In this document: positions 40,361-55,500 of the stretch, in pieces
How positions within the stretch are numbered: position 1 is the stretch's first letter
Layout: each line of letters starts with the position of its first letter
From: Octopus vulgaris
Taxonomy: Eukaryota
Assembly (NCBI GenBank): GCA_951406725.2
Contig: OX597814.1
Span: 171,802,001 to 171,866,000 of the forward strand
Length of the DNA stretch: 64,000 nt
Direction of reading: 5' to 3'
Notes under the pieces: model-generated
Database searches by the model: none
Told to the model about the DNA's origin: nothing
The model's input: only the letters and a program-made list of their open reading frames with translations
Position numbers and translations under genes: made by a program

Positions 40361-41256
40361 ATACTATATAGTATGACACTATGAAAAAGAACACATCTTA
40401 AAATCTAACATACATATTAAAACAACTACAAATCTTAATATACCTCAGCCTTACCTCCTAAGTTTCGAAAGACATCTCAATTAGTGAAAGATATATGCCT
40501 AACCGGCGCGTGTATGCTTATATATATGTGTGTGTTTCCAACAAAAATTACAGAAGTGATAATTGAAAAAGCAGTGTTACAATTAATTTCCTCAAATCGT
40601 TTGTCACAAAAACATAAACACGACTGGGTTTACTATATGTATTGTATGTTACATCTATACACATAACAAAAATGCATAATAGGATTTATAATACAGTATA
40701 CTAAACGATTCTTAGAGTTTCATAATTTCAGAAATATTTCATAATGTCTTACAGCATAGAAAGAAAAAGTGCTGAATTCCAGCTGCATTGTATAATGGCA
40801 TATTTTGTTATGCAATCAAGTAGTAAGTATACATGCCTTCAAAACACTAACTCCTTAACATACTTAAATAAAAATAAATATAAATCTTGGTTCATCTCAG
40901 TTCGGTAAAATAAATGGAGATGCAGCCTTTTTCGTCTATTATCGCGAAATACTTTTGAAGAAGCTAATATACAGGTGCGGATTATCCATATGACTTTCAG
41001 TCTTTGAATTGTCCAAGATCGGTTAGTCCAAGATTGATGTTAGTCTAAATTTGAGATAAAGATTCTTATATATTGTAATCTGTATACCAATTATTATTTC
41101 CAATGTTTTCAGTTGGCTTTTATAACAATATGCTCTTGCACTCTGCAATCTAGATGGCACTAAAGACATTTTTTTTTTGTTTTTTCAATTAATATAACAA
41201 TATTTGCAAATGTTTTTTTCATATTCTTTTATACTTTTATTTGTTTCAGCTACCAT

Positions 41257-41682
41257 AGGCGCAGGAGTGGCTGTGTGGTAAGTAGCTTGCTAACCAGCCA
41301 CATGGTTCCGGGTTCAGTCTCACTGCGTGGCATCTTGGGCAAGTGTCTTCTGCTATAGCCCCGGGCCGACCAATGCCTTGTGAGTGGATTTGGTAGACAG
41401 AAACTGAAAGAAGCCCGTCGTATATATGTATATATATGTATGTATATGTGTGTATATGTTTGTGTGTCTGTGTTTGTCCCCTCAACATCGCTTGACAACC
41501 GATGCTGGTGTGTTTACGTCCCCGTCACTTAGCGGTTCCGGCAAAAAGAGACCGATAGAATAAGTACTGGGCTTACAAAAAGAATAAGTCCCGGGGTCGA
41601 GCTGCTCGACTAAAGGCGGTGCTCCAGCATGGCCGCAGTCAAATGACTGAAACAAGTAAAAGAGTAAAAAGAGTAAAAGAGT
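41257..41682 (+). mobile_element. SINE family B, full length, with a roughly 70-bp flanking direct repeat
   Basis: GGCGCAGGAGTGGCTGTGTGG head and AGTAAAAG-type tandem tail. 41190-41259 is repeated at 41682-41753. Confidence 0.93.
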
Positions 41683-42562
41683 AATATAATAATATTTGCA
41701 AATGTTTTTTTTTCATATTCTTTTATACTTTTATTTGTTTCAGCTACCATAGGTTACCAGCTTGAAGAGTTTAGTCGAAGAAATCAACCCCAGTGCTTGC
41801 ATTTCTTTAAATGTGTAACTTATTGTCATCTCTCTTTGCAGCATAACTTACATTACGAGAATCTAAACAAAACGACGTCGGATGTCAGGTAGTGGAAGAA
41901 AAACACACAGACACGCACAAATGCACATATATACGTGTGTGCATACATGCATACATACATACATACATACATACATACATACATAATACATACATACATA
42001 CATACATATATACTTACGTGCATACATACATACGTGCATACATATGGTAGAATGCGAGGAACCGATGCAGTATGGGTCGAAACGATCGTTGTGATTAATA
42101 ATCTTGTGAATTCCTTTTTCTCTTTCTTTCATTTGTTATATACACACATATATGAATACATCAATACGTACATACATACATTCGTGAATACACCTAGAGA
42201 TTTGTTCGTATGTCTTCCAAATTCACTCACGAGGCATTGGGCGCTCAGGTGTTATATTACACGATATTTGTTCAAAATACCACTTAATTCATGATTCTTG
42301 AGATAATCTCATCTTATGCGTTCTGTCCTTATTGTTTGTAGACGTTTGTTTACTTTCTCTGAAAGGGATGACAATTTCAATAGCTCAAATATTAATTTTG
42401 TACCTTATATAGTGTACGTTAATTTGTCACCAATCTGCGTACGTCCTCAGCTCATTCTTCTCATACAGATACACACATCGCATATATATGGATCAGGAAT
42501 GGGTGTGTGTGCTTGGATTTGTCCGTATATGCGTGGGCGCTTCAGTATGTGTATGCGTGCAT

Positions 42563-43217
42563 ACCTATTTCTTTATTACCCACAAGGGGCTAAACATAGA
42601 GGGGACAAACAAGGACAGACATAGGTATTAAGTCGATTACATCGACCCCAGTGCGTAACTGGTGCTTAATTTATCGACCCCGAAAGGATGAAAGGCAAAG
42701 TCGACCTCGGCGGAATTTGAACTCAGAACGTAACGGCAGACGAAATACTGCAAAGCATTTCGCCCGGCATGCTAACGCTTCTCCCAGCTCGCCGCCTTGT
42801 GAGTGAGTGTGTGTATGTGTGTGTGCTGCGTGCGTGCGTGCGTGCGTGTGTGCGTGTGTGTGTGTGTGTGTGTGTAAAGTTGGATGTCGCTTGCCATATA
42901 ATCCTGTTGTTAAACAATGAAGAATTATGTTCATAAATAATTCTCCAAATCCTTACTGCTCTACGTCTCTATCATACATCATCTTATTTCTTTATTGCCC
43001 ACAAGGGGCTAAACATAGGGGGGGGGACAAACAAGGAGAGAAAGACGGATGAAGTCGATTATATCGACTCCAGTGCGTAACTGGTACTTAATTTATCGAC
43101 CCCGAAAGGATGAAAAGCAAAGTCGACCTCAGCGGAATTTGAACTCAGAACGTAGCAGACGAAATGCCGCTAAGCATTTCGCCCAGCGTGCTAACGTTTC
43201 TGCCAGCTCGCCCCCTT
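42563..43217 (-). mobile_element. Two separate SINE family A copies (42563-42798, 42984-43217)
   Basis: Full-length matches. The second has TSD TATCATACATCAT. Confidence 0.9.
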
Positions 43218-43717
43218 TTATCATACATCATTATACATTATCTGCTCACTGTTTTCCTCTTTTTATGATCTTTCTTCGACAAGTTTTTTCTTTAATTTAC
43301 CAACTTCTCCGTTCAGGAACTTAATCGTTATCTTCTTCCTCTTTACATTCAAAATTTATTCGCATTCTTTCTTTATCGCAATTTGTCTTTTCTTTCTTCG
43401 CCACCAACTTATTCACACATTGATCTAACCACTTCATCTTTTACTTATTTCCTTTATGGGACTGCGGCCATACAGGGGCATGAGATTGAGGGTGTAGTCG
43501 AACAAATCTAATCCCGTTCTTATTTTTAAGTCTCGTATTTATTCTATCGTTTTTGTTGAACAGCTTGGTTACGAGACATAAACGAATAACGGTTGTTAAG
43601 TTATGGGATGAAATGTAAAGTTGACCTCGGCGGAATTTGAACTCAGAAGTCGAGCGAACTGAAATTTTTGGATAGTCGATTTCATGAACCCCAGTGATTG
43701 AGTGGAACTTATTTTAT

Positions 43718-44130
43718 CGGCGAGCTGGCAGAAACGTTAGCACGCCGGGCGAAATGCTTAGCAGTATTTCGTCTGCGTTACGTTGTGAGTTCAAATTCCG
43801 CCGAGGTCGACTTTGCCTTTCATCCTTTCGGGGTCGATAAATTAAGTACCAGTTACGCACTGGGGTCGATGTAATCGACTTAATACCTATGTCTGTCCTT
43901 GTTTGTCCCCTCTGTGTTTAACCCTTTGTGGGTAGTAAAGAAAGAGGTATTTCGTCCGTCTTTACGTTCTAAGTTCAAATTCCGCTAAGGTCGACTTTGC
44001 CTTTCATCCTTTCGGGGTCGATAAATTAAGTACCAGTTACGCACTGGGGTCGATGTAATCGACTTAATACCTATGTCTGTCCTTGTTTGTCCGCTCTGTG
44101 TTTAGCCCCTTGTGGGTAATAAAGAAATAG
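43718..44130 (+). mobile_element. SINE family A dimer inserted into an older antisense family A copy
   Basis: Two units in tandem with CTTATTTTATCGG at both junctions. The old copy continues at 44131-44265. Confidence 0.88.
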
Positions 44131-45067
44131 GTACTTATTTTATCGGTCCGGAAAAGATGAAAAGCAAAGTCGACCTCGGCGTAATTTGAAGTCAGTACGT
44201 AAAGTCGGACAAAATGTCGCTAAGCATTTCTTCCGGCTGCTTCAACAGTTCAGCCGGCTCGCTATTGTAAATGAGGTTTCAATGGAAAACAATTATCAAG
44301 ATAGCACGCAGTGGGAATGAACCCGCTACCTTTTGACTGACAACGAACATCATAACCATTCGGTCATATCCGCAACACCTACACACACCACACCTACATA
44401 CACACACTCACATACACACACACCACACCATACATATATATATGTGCATATTGATGCATAAATACGTATGCCTGCGTATACGAATATATATAAATTTAAA
44501 TACTTGCATAAATATGGGCGTATATATACATGTTTATATGTGTGTGTGCATGTATATATATATGTATATATGTTTGTGCATATGTCTATGTGTGTTTGAT
44601 TTTATGTATATCTTTCTGTGTGTGCATATACAGTCAGATACATCCATAGAACCAAACACAAATGTCAGTATGTGTCAGTGTGTGTCCGGTCAATAATAGA
44701 GTGTGTGATTATTGTCTGATTTAACCAGCATCACTTTTATCTAAAATGGTCACCGTCTTAATCCTTTCTACTTCCATTAGCTTAATGATATAAGATATAT
44801 AAAGATCAAGATAGTTTATTTGCTACCTAAAGCTGCTCTTCGCCCGGGTTTGTAATTGAATCAACTAGAATCGACCAACGCATGCATGCTTCACGCTGCA
44901 AGATTTCGCTAATCATTAATGAGAATAAATGGACTGCAATCGACTAACAAGCAAGGAAGATCACGTTAGCTGACCGACCGAAGAAACTGAAAGTGAAAGT
45001 GAGGCTAATGATGGATGATGATGATAATAATAATAATCATGACAATGATGATGACGATGATGATAAC

Positions 45068-45141
<74 letters not shown>

Positions 45142-45694
45142 TGATGATGATACTGATAATTATTATTGCCATTGCCACAAAGGGGTGCCGAGGAAGAGAT
45201 GTTACATGCGTAGGTTGCAAAAACGGTAATAATAAAATAAGCAGGAGAGACAAACAACAAGCAAACTGCTTCGCAAGATTAGATTGTCTCTTTACGTTCA
45301 GATCTATTTCTTGTCAACTCGGCAACGTTAATTTGCCGACATCAAGGGCAATCAGTGTTTATGAGGTATCATCATACACAAGAAGGAAAATAAAATACAA
45401 TTACAAAATTAAAATTAAATATCTACTATTCTTTCAGACCAAAAAAAAAAAAAAAAGACCAAACGTCATAATAATCACAAACAAAACGTTGACATTAAAT
45501 TAATTATATTATCTCCTTGCGACTCTTTAGTATATGCTTAGAGTCATTATATTTTTATCCAGCCTTACCATAATTGTAACAGATGTGTAGAAGAGCAGGA
45601 TTGCGTATGTTCAGGATGTATATTTAGTCGTATAAATGGGGTTGGAGGAATATCTAACTTTCGTAGAGTTTCTATTAAATATATTTCAATAGTT

Positions 45695-46085
45695 AGGAGT
45701 GGGTGTGTAGTAAGTATCTTGCTTACCAACCACATGGTTCCGGGTTCAGTCCCACTGCGTGGCACCTTGGGCAAGTGTCTTCTGCTATAGCCTCGGGCTG
45801 ACTAAAGCCTTGTGAGTGGATTTGGTAGACGGAAACTGAAAGAAGCCCGTCGTATATATGTATATGTATATATGTTTGTGTGTCTGTGTTTGTTCCCCCA
45901 ACATCGCTTGACAACTGTTGCTGATGTGTTTAGGCCTCCGTAACTTAGCGGTTCGGCAAAAGAGACCTATAGAATAAGTACAAGGCTTACATAGAATAAG
46001 TCCTGGGGTCGATTTGCTCGACTAAAGGCGGTGCTCCAGCATGGCCGCAGTCAAATGACTGAAACAAGTAAAAGAGTAAAAGAGT
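45695..46085 (+). mobile_element. SINE family B, near full length
   Basis: Matches 41257-41682. Confidence 0.9.
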
Positions 46086-46159
46086 TATCTGAAATCCTGG
46101 CAGGGCAACAGTATTTTGTTTTGTAAGCATAATATACTGCCAAGTAAAACTAAATAACT

Positions 46160-46388
46160 GGTACTCCGTCGGTTACGACGAAGTGGATTCCAGTTGATCC
46201 GATCAACAGAACAACCTGCTCATAAAATTAATGTGAAAGTGGCTGAGCACTCCACAGACTCATGAACATTTAACGTAGTTCTCAAAGAGAGTTTCGTTCG
46301 ATCCGATCAACGGAACAGCTTGCTCATGAAATTAATATGCAAGTGGTTGAGCACTCCACAGACACACCCGTACTTAACGTAGTTATCA

Positions 46389-46429
<41 letters not shown>

Positions 46430-46715
46430 ATTCGATCCGATCATCATCGGAATAGCTTGCATGTAAAATTAAGGTGCAAGTGGCTGAGCACTCTAAAGAC
46501 GCGTGCACCTTTAACGTAGTTGTCAGGGAGTTTCAGGATGTGACAAGGCTAGCCCTTCGAAATGCAGGTATTTCTCATTTTAGTCAGCTGAGTTGACTGA
46601 AAAAACGTCAAATAAAATGCCTTGCCCAAGGACACAATGCACCGCAGGAAATCGAACTCACGACCTTACGATCGTGAACCCAAACCCCCTAACCACTCCG
46701 CTTCGCGTCTTCACT
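46160..46715 (-). mobile_element. tRNA-derived SINE with triplicated tail segment
   Basis: The inverse head has GCGGAGTGGTTAG...GAGTTCGATTTCC and CCTTGGGCAAGG. The segment GATCCGATCA...AAGTGG(C/T)TGAGCACTC...TTAACGTAGTT occurs three times (about 46195, 46300, 46432). Confidence 0.78.
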
Positions 46716-47093
46716 CTCCACCAAATATATTACAGGTGTGTACGTCAATATTGTACCTTACTCTGTGTTAACGGTGTTATAATTTCATTGTGAAGGCCAT
46801 CTGTATAAATTGATAGCCAACACAGTTAAATACGACGTTTCCTAAACTATACATTATTTACATAGACGCATTTGTTTACTCAACTTGTAACTTGGAGCGC
46901 TAGCTCTGAATTATATTTAAAATCTATAGAGATAACCTTAAAAAATTCAATTGTTACAGTCGTAAGGGAGATTGTCAGTGAAAGGCTTATGCAATGTCAG
47001 GCGAAAAGCTATGAAGGATCTTTTGTTTTATCATACTTTACGTCTGAAGTATTTCTGTCAATTCAGATTATTATAATTACAAGCAGAAACAAA

Positions 47094-47670
47094 GTGGCGA
47101 GCTAGCAGAATCGTTAACATGCTGGACGAAATGCTTAGCGGTATAATTAAGTACCAGTTACGCACTGGGGTCGATATAATGGACTTAATCCGTTTGTCTG
47201 TCCTTGTTTGTTCTCTCTGTGTTTAGCCCCTTGTGGGTAGTAAAGAAATAGATATTTCGCTAGTCGCAAAAGGCGGCGAATTGGCAGAAACGTTAGCACG
47301 CCGTGCGGAATGCGTAGCCGTATTTCGTCTGCCGTTACGTTCTGAGTTCAAATTACGCCGAGGTCGACTTTGCCTTTCATCCTTTCGGGGTCGATTAAAT
47401 AAGTACCAGTTACGCACTGGGGTCGATATAATCGACTTAATCCGTTTGTCTGTCCTGGTTTCCCCTCTGTGTTTAGCCCCTTGTGGGTAGTAAAGAACTA
47501 GGTATTTCGTCTGCCGCTACGTTCTGAGTTCAAATTCTGCCGAAGTAGACTTTGCCTTTCGTCCTTTCGGAGTCGATAAAATAAGTACCAGTTAAGTACT
47601 GGGGTCAATCTAATCGACTCTTTCCCATCTTCTCCGAGCTACCCTTGTACCAAAAAAGATTGAAATAATA
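47094..47670 (+). mobile_element. Nested SINE A cluster: old copy split at GGTAT by two younger copies
   Basis: Old head 47094-47143, truncated young copy to about 47255, full young copy 47270-47500, and the remainder of the old copy from about 47501. Confidence 0.85.
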
Positions 47671-47772
47671 ATTACAAGTAGGAAGATACCCTATAAACGG
47701 ATTTCTGTTAATATTTCTGTTAATACCTGCATTATATATAAGTGTGTATATATCTATCTCTGTGTATATATA

Positions 47773-48989
47773 CAGGGGTTGGACAAAATAATGGAAACAC
47801 CTTAAAATTTCAAACAAATTTTCATATGGTGTAGGACCGCCTTTGGCGGTAAATACAGTTTGAATTCTAAGAGATATGGACTCGTACAAAGTTTGAATTG
47901 TTTCCAAAGGAATTTTTGTCCTCTCTTCAGCTAAAACAGACTCCAGTTCTTGTAGTGATGATGATGGAGGATATCGACTCCTTATTTGTTTTTCTAAAAT
48001 GCACCATAAATATTCAATAATATTGAGATTTGGGGACTGTGGTGGCCAGATAAGATGTTCAACTGCACTGGAATGTTCCTCGTGCCATTCAGTAATAATT
48101 TAGCTGTGTGAATTGGTACATTATCATCCTGAAAGACTGTGTTTCTCTCCGGAAACAGTTCCGCAAACATAGGATGAATTTGTTCAGATAAAATGCTTAA
48201 ATAGTGTAGACTATTTATTCTGCCATGAAGGGAAACCATTGGGGCAGCGGATTTCCAAGATATAGCCCCGCCCCTACCCTCACAGATCCTCCTCACTGTT
48301 TAACAGTTGGAAGAATACAGTCTGGGTCAAATGGTTCTATTGGCTGTCTTCACACGTATACTCGGCTGGTGGTCGGAAATGAGGTAAAGAATGATTCGTC
48401 CGAGAAACTGCTCTAGGGACCAATTCTGTAGGTTTTTACTCCACTCAAAACGCTCTGCAACATTTGTTTTTAAAAGTAGTGATTTTCTGATTGCAGCACT
48501 CCCGTGAAATCTGGCTTTGTGCAGCTGAAGGTGGTCATTAAGCTCTACAGTGATTTTGGGAGCTTTACTTTTGTGATCATTTCTAACTACTCGCGTATGT
48601 ATCCGGCGGTCCCTATCTGAAAGTTTTGGTTTTCTTCCGGAGATTTGTTTCGACGAGGAGCTTTTTCCCACTTTCTCAAAGGCTGTCATTACTTTCGAGA
48701 CAGTACTTCTTGATACGCCAAACATTACGGCTGTTTTCATTACGCTAACGCCTGCCATACGAGCACCAACAATTCGACTTCTTTGAAAGTCCGATAGATC
48801 TGTCAATTTAATGAATTTTAATTACATTTTTCTAACGATATCTGAAAAGAAACAGTAATTTTAGCGAAACATATTAAGCAACGCTAATGATATATCCCAA
48901 AACATAGAAATAAACAAGCTTCTGACTGTTATAGATATTTCAAAATTATGATGCTCTGATGCTAGGTTTTCCATTATTTTGTCCAACCC

Positions 48990-48992
<3 letters not shown>
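47773..48992 (-). mobile_element. Tc1-family DNA transposon, full length, frameshifted transposase
   Basis: TA-flanked TIRs CAGGGGTTGGACAAAATAATGGAAA. Minus strand gives DLSDFQRSRIVGARMAG..GRKPKLSDRDRR (paired-like HTH), FSDES, VFQDDNVPIH, WPPQSPNLNIIE and AKGGPTPY across several frames. Confidence 0.95.
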
Positions 48993-49081
<89 letters not shown>

Positions 49082-49884
49082 TATACATAACTTAGACACA
49101 CGCACACATATCTGTCTATCTATCTGGATATACGTGTGTGTGTGTGTGTGTGTACCTGTGCGGTGCGTCTTTGTTCGTGCGCACGTGTGTGTTGTGTATA
49201 TGTGTGATGTCTACGGCGGGAATTGCAGTCCACTATAACTTCGTAAAGTAACTCTTCTTCTCCTGTGCAGGAGAGACACACGTTCGCTGCTTTGAGTATG
49301 ATAGATATCCCTTTCTAGTTTGATTTTTTCGCTACTTGCCTGCGTTAACTCTCAACATTAACACAACCTAACCTCATTGTCTCAAAGTAAACTTTGCTTG
49401 ACCAAACTACTGAAAATATCAGTGAAGACTCACTTCACCGTAATAACCACAATACTAAATAATATTCTTTAAATTTGACTTTGAATCGACAAAATAACAT
49501 AGTTAAGTATTAAAGTATTTGAATATGATAACAAAACTCCTGCTATTTTCAGTAATTTAGACAAAAATGCTATCCTCCGTCCATCACATGTATATATTTT
49601 CGTATAAATACATGCATTATATACTTGTGCGTACACGCGCGCGTTTCGTGTGTGTGAGTGCGCACTCGCGTGTGTGAATATATGTATGTGCATGTGACTT
49701 AATGAATATATGTAAACACATGGATCTACACAGTTTGATAAAAGATGCCAATAATCAGTAATGTATGCAATTATGCATGATGCATTGAAGTGCAACTTTT
49801 ATATAAACATGAGTTACGTGAATTCTGTTGCGCAATGGTTACGATATAAACACACACACATACATACATACATACATACATACA

Positions 49885-49918
<34 letters not shown>

Positions 49919-50321
49919 GGCTTAAACACACTTGCACGCAAATATGAACATACACCTACGTATATCTACATACATAATTGATACGTGCATGCTTGCATAT
50001 ATATATGCAAACGTTACATACAGTGAAACTTTCTATTTGGATATGTACATACATAAATATGTGCATTCATACATAAGTACACAGACACATATATGAATAT
50101 ATATGGATGTGGAGTATATATATATACATATATATGATATATGAGATATATATATATATATATATATACATACATATATATATACATATACATATACATA
50201 CATGTATGTATGTATGTATGTATGTATGTATGTATGTATGTATGTATCTATCTATCTATCTATCTATCTATCCATCTGGCTGACTGTTTATCCTTTTGGG
50301 GATATATATAAATAAATATAC

Positions 50322-50357
<36 letters not shown>

Positions 50358-50464
50358 GTATGTATGCAAAATCATAGATATGTATAAGTGTGCCTGTTGG
50401 TGCATATAAATAAATGTATTTAATCTACGCACATACATATATACATATACATACATACATATAC

Positions 50465-50578
<114 letters not shown>

Positions 50579-52138
50579 GTATGTATGTATGTATATGGAT
50601 ACATATACATATTGATGCATTTGTACGTGTAGAAACAGAAATATATGAAAGATATACATTTATATACAAGTTTATTTCATACATATATGCACATATATTT
50701 ACACAGAAAAACGCGTACAAGCACACAGAGATATAGATGGTGATGTGTGCACGTATGTGTTTGTGCATATATGAGGGACAAGATATAAAAAGGTGTGGAA
50801 TGCATATTCGACAAGGGATATAGCATATGCGTCATAAATGTAAATATGTGCGTATGCTTTTGAAAGTGAGTGGATACCTACGAAAGTTTGTTTATGTATG
50901 TATGTATGTATGTATGTATGTATGTATGCATGTATGTATGTATGTATGTATGTATGTATGTATGTTTGTATGCATGTATGTCTGTCTTAATGAATGCATG
51001 CATATATGTATATACGTATGTGTGTATGTATAAATGAATGTATGTATGCATGTATGAACTCATGTATGTATGCGTGCATCTATGTGTGCATGTATGCATG
51101 CATACATGCATGTATGTATAAATGTATGTATATATGCATGTATGTATGGATTTATCTATGTATTATATCAAAAATAAATATATTTACTTTCTTATGTGTA
51201 TATATATATATTAATATATACATACATACATACATGCAAATATGTATATATATATACATATATACATATATATATATACACGTGTATATATATACATTCA
51301 CATATATATATATAACAATTTATAAATACATAAATATTCTTACACGTATATATGTATATATACATTCATAATATATATATAAAATGTTATGTGTGTGTGT
51401 GTGTGTTTGTGTGTGTAAATACATAAATATTCTTACACGTATATATGTATATATACATTCATAATATATATATATATATATATGTATTATACATATATAT
51501 GTATTCATGCATCTATGCATGTATGCCGTATATGTTGCTGCAATTATATATATTTACATATGCAAGCATGCATGCTTGTGAGCATGATCCATGCATTTCT
51601 ACTTTCATATGCACGTGCAGGGATGCTTGTCTCTGCCTGCTCATTTTATACAACTATGAACATAACTACATATTTATGAAATCTCTCTATATATATATAT
51701 GCGTGTGTGGAAGGGTATCTAACTGTCTATCTATATATCTATATCCATATATTTATATGTACATATATGACTTCCAGAATTTCTTGCACACAGTAATGCA
51801 CACATCTTGCATCAATGTGAATGCATTCTTACTGTTACAGTAATCTCACAGGTGCACAAGCATCCAGACATGCATATGAACATGCACCGTCATATACCCT
51901 TACGACCACAGTCAGAGACACGCACCTACCCATTTAGCTAGACATGCACGTATGCACCTACAAAATCAAATGAAATCATACGAAATTACATATAACACTC
52001 GTAAACCGATCTACTCGCGCAATGTAGGCGCACACGTAAACTATCAACTGACTCACGCACAAACGCTCACACACACACACACACATGCGCTCGCACACAT
52101 GCATACATCTCAAGTTTTATGTAAAGTGTAAAAACCTG

Positions 52139-52191
<53 letters not shown>

Positions 52192-52247
52192 ACATATATA
52201 TATAAATATGTATGTGTGTGTATATATATGTACATATATATATATAC

Positions 52248-52281
<34 letters not shown>

Positions 52282-52301
52282 TTATATTTGTATACATGTA
52301 T

Positions 52302-52353
<52 letters not shown>

Positions 52354-52466
52354 TTGTATGCATATATACATATATATACATATATGCACACACACACATA
52401 TATATACATATATATATGCATATATATATACATATATGCACACATACACACACATACATATATATG

Positions 52467-52532
<66 letters not shown>

Positions 52533-53439
52533 CGCAGCCGTGTATACGTACTTCCTTACATGACAAAAGATCTTGTGTACTTCCAGCATGATTGACAGTT
52601 GCTTAGGTTTGTGACCAGGCTGGGTGAATAATATTGTGCTCCCTCCCATTCCACCTCTAACAAACTTACGTATATGCCACAAAATTGTCAAAAGACAGAC
52701 AGATTGATTTACTCGAGGGAAAGTGGAAGTCAACACGTACAAAACAAATGGACAATCGGTCTCCATAGCGCCATCAGTGAACGGCAACAACAACAACAAC
52801 AGCAGCAGCAGATGCAGCAGCAACAAAAACAACATCGTCAACAACAACGACAACTACAGAAACAGCAAGCAGCAACAGCCCCAAAAACAACAACAACAAG
52901 AATAGTAATTTTTTTTTTATTTGCCACAGGGAGGCATCGGATGGGAGGAACAATACAAAGGTTGTTTAGAGTGTGTTTGTGTGTGTGTGTGTGTTTATGG
53001 CAGTGTGTGTGTGTGTGTGTGTTTGTGGGTGAGTCGGTGGATTTACGTAAAACTTGAGGTGAAAGGAAAAGAAGGTGAAACCAGATAAAAGTATACGAAA
53101 TATACAAAAATATGTGAACACATGAATGATGCAGTCGTCTTAAAGGTGAACCTCTGACTCGAGCCATTCAAGGAACCCCACAGATCAAGGATCTCCCTGA
53201 CCACCGACAGCACGGGCCCACTCCCAACTGTTGTTCATCAATATACTGGGCCATGCTTAGAATAGTTCTATTCATTTAACCATTTTCGCTGCAGTCAGCC
53301 ACCTTTTTATAAATCCACTTTGAGGTAGCACACCCTTTCCATCCTCACTTTCCTCTCAAAGAGCAACTTTGAAAAGGAAATTGATGTAGGTTCTTGACCG
53401 AAGACAAATGTGTCTTTCCTTAGTATTTCCAACCTCGTT

Positions 53440-55500
53440 CATCCCAAAAGTTCTTTCATTATAGCAACACAGCTTGTCCTGTCTGGGTAAAGGTAGGTGA
53501 TAAAACGACCCTCACAATGAAATTGGTTAATAATCGAATTTGTTCTACATGCAACAACAACTGTTCAACAACAACAACTCCATGAGTCAACAATGATCGG
53601 AATTTGCACTACTGTTTTGTTGCTCCGCGCATATATCGGGTAGTCCGGCCTGGCGCATTTCGCGCTTGTACTGTTAACCTCGAACCGGCAGTGCCCTTCG
53701 TTAGGATTGTTAGACGAGGCATTTCTGGAAGTTATCCATGGTAGTTGCCAGCCCACCAAATCCTCTGAAACAGAGCAGTTAGTCCGAGAATTTCATCACA
53801 TCACTAGATCTCTATATATTGCTAACGTAGAACTTGCACCGACCACATTTCTTATCTGCTAGAAGTGACGAAATTCCAGGAACCAAGAGCAGTATTAGTT
53901 TTTTTTTCTTGAACCAAGATTGCAGCTCCATGAAAGAAATGAGTAGTGGAAAGGTGTCTCTCAAACGATGACCACACTCTCTTACTGTCCAGGAAAAATC
54001 CGAAGGTAACATAACCTCAGCACTTGTCTGCAGATCAGCAGCCACTGAGAGCTAAGCCTGCCTTCCAGACGGTAATGGCAACAGATGGACCGCCTGACCA
54101 TTGAAACGTATCCTTTCCACAGAAAGCAGAGTAGCAGTCGTTATTGTTTGGCTACACATGGACTTGGGCAGAAAACAACGGTCAGGCGATAAGTTATTAC
54201 AGGAGTGGATGATTATTTCTTTTGTTAGTTACAAGTGCCCAAAAGTTTTTGGACAATACAAGGAAGAAATGCAAATTCACAAATGTGGGGCATGGTCAAG
54301 TACAAAGAAGTGTATAAAAAGTAAAAATAAAACCATAAAAATTTTCTACAGGAAAAACTCCCTAATAGAAGGAAAGAACATTTAGAGTAATTCGAGGCAA
54401 ACCCAATACAAAGGCTCGGATTCATGACACCAATTCTACTCTCATCAAATATTCGTAAGTTAGTCATATCTATTCAACTACGCTACTTCCATTCATCTTT
54501 GTTAAAACCTAGAACGCAGTACACATTATACCTTCGTCTTCTAAATCGTGTGGTTCCTAAAGAACTTGATGAGAGCTTGACCAAAGAGGATAATGCCTGT
54601 ATTCAAATCTTTACAGATAAGACCACAGCTCAACTTCTTTGGCCATAGCGACCAGGCAGGTAAAGACTGGATGCCTTCCTAGCAAAATGGCGTATTAATT
54701 TTTACTGTTATTCTGGCTAACAAACAGATTTATCTTACATACCTCAGTAGCTCTAACGTTAACGTGCATAATGGTTTCTCACCATGCACACATCTGGAAC
54801 AGGTTCACTACTCTGCTATTCTGTTTACTTATTTCTTTACTAAATCTAAAAGATGCTACTGTAGATTTTCTGTTTAGCATGGCCCATCACTTGATGATAG
54901 CTCACGTCGATTTCCGCTCAAGTAGTCTGCTAATCAGGTCTCTGAAATCCTTCTGCACTGAAAAGAACACATTCACTTTCCAGTAACCGGGTTGCTCTTT
55001 AGTGGTTTGTTCTAAGTTGATTGCACAGGTCGCAAATTTGTGGTACGAAACTTTAAACAACTTCCGCTAATCATGTCTGCTAATCTAGTAAAATCTATAT
55101 TTAAATTGCAAAGCAGTTGCAATTTATCGAAGTCCACACAGATCATTTGGGAAGTCAAGACGGACCTGTCAAAGAGTAGAAAGTACCTAAGATATGCGAA
55201 GATTCTGTACCCCTCTCTTATTATCTGCTCCCACATAATCACTACGCGAGTTCAAAATGTTATTTCAATCATCAGAAATTTCTTCAAGCGTTCTTTAGCG
55301 TCCGAAAGGAATCCAACATGTGTGCTCCAGTTGGGGTGTATACGGCCACTAATCTAATGAAAGAAAAAATAACATATTTACATCTGGTTTAGGGATGTCC
55401 AAAATAGAACCGCTGCGCTCCTCAATTTGAGCCGATTGAAAAAGTTGTAGATCTCGTAGTCACCCAGAAAGTGGCACGAGTGATTTCGTCTCAGATGTCC
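53440..55500 (+). mobile_element. Possible highly decayed CR1-like LINE
   Basis: Non-microsatellite block with faint, correctly ordered resemblances to RT-region motifs (LKSF.T, IRPLI, LLNLSRLKK). No intact motif. Confidence 0.3.

Noticed and set aside
49271-49295. Micro-exon after a strong polypyrimidine acceptor
   Set aside because: 25 nt is too short to support from sequence alone.
52674-53057. Poly-Q ORF
   Set aside because: Decayed CAA/CAG repeat running into (TG)n, with no splice or domain support.
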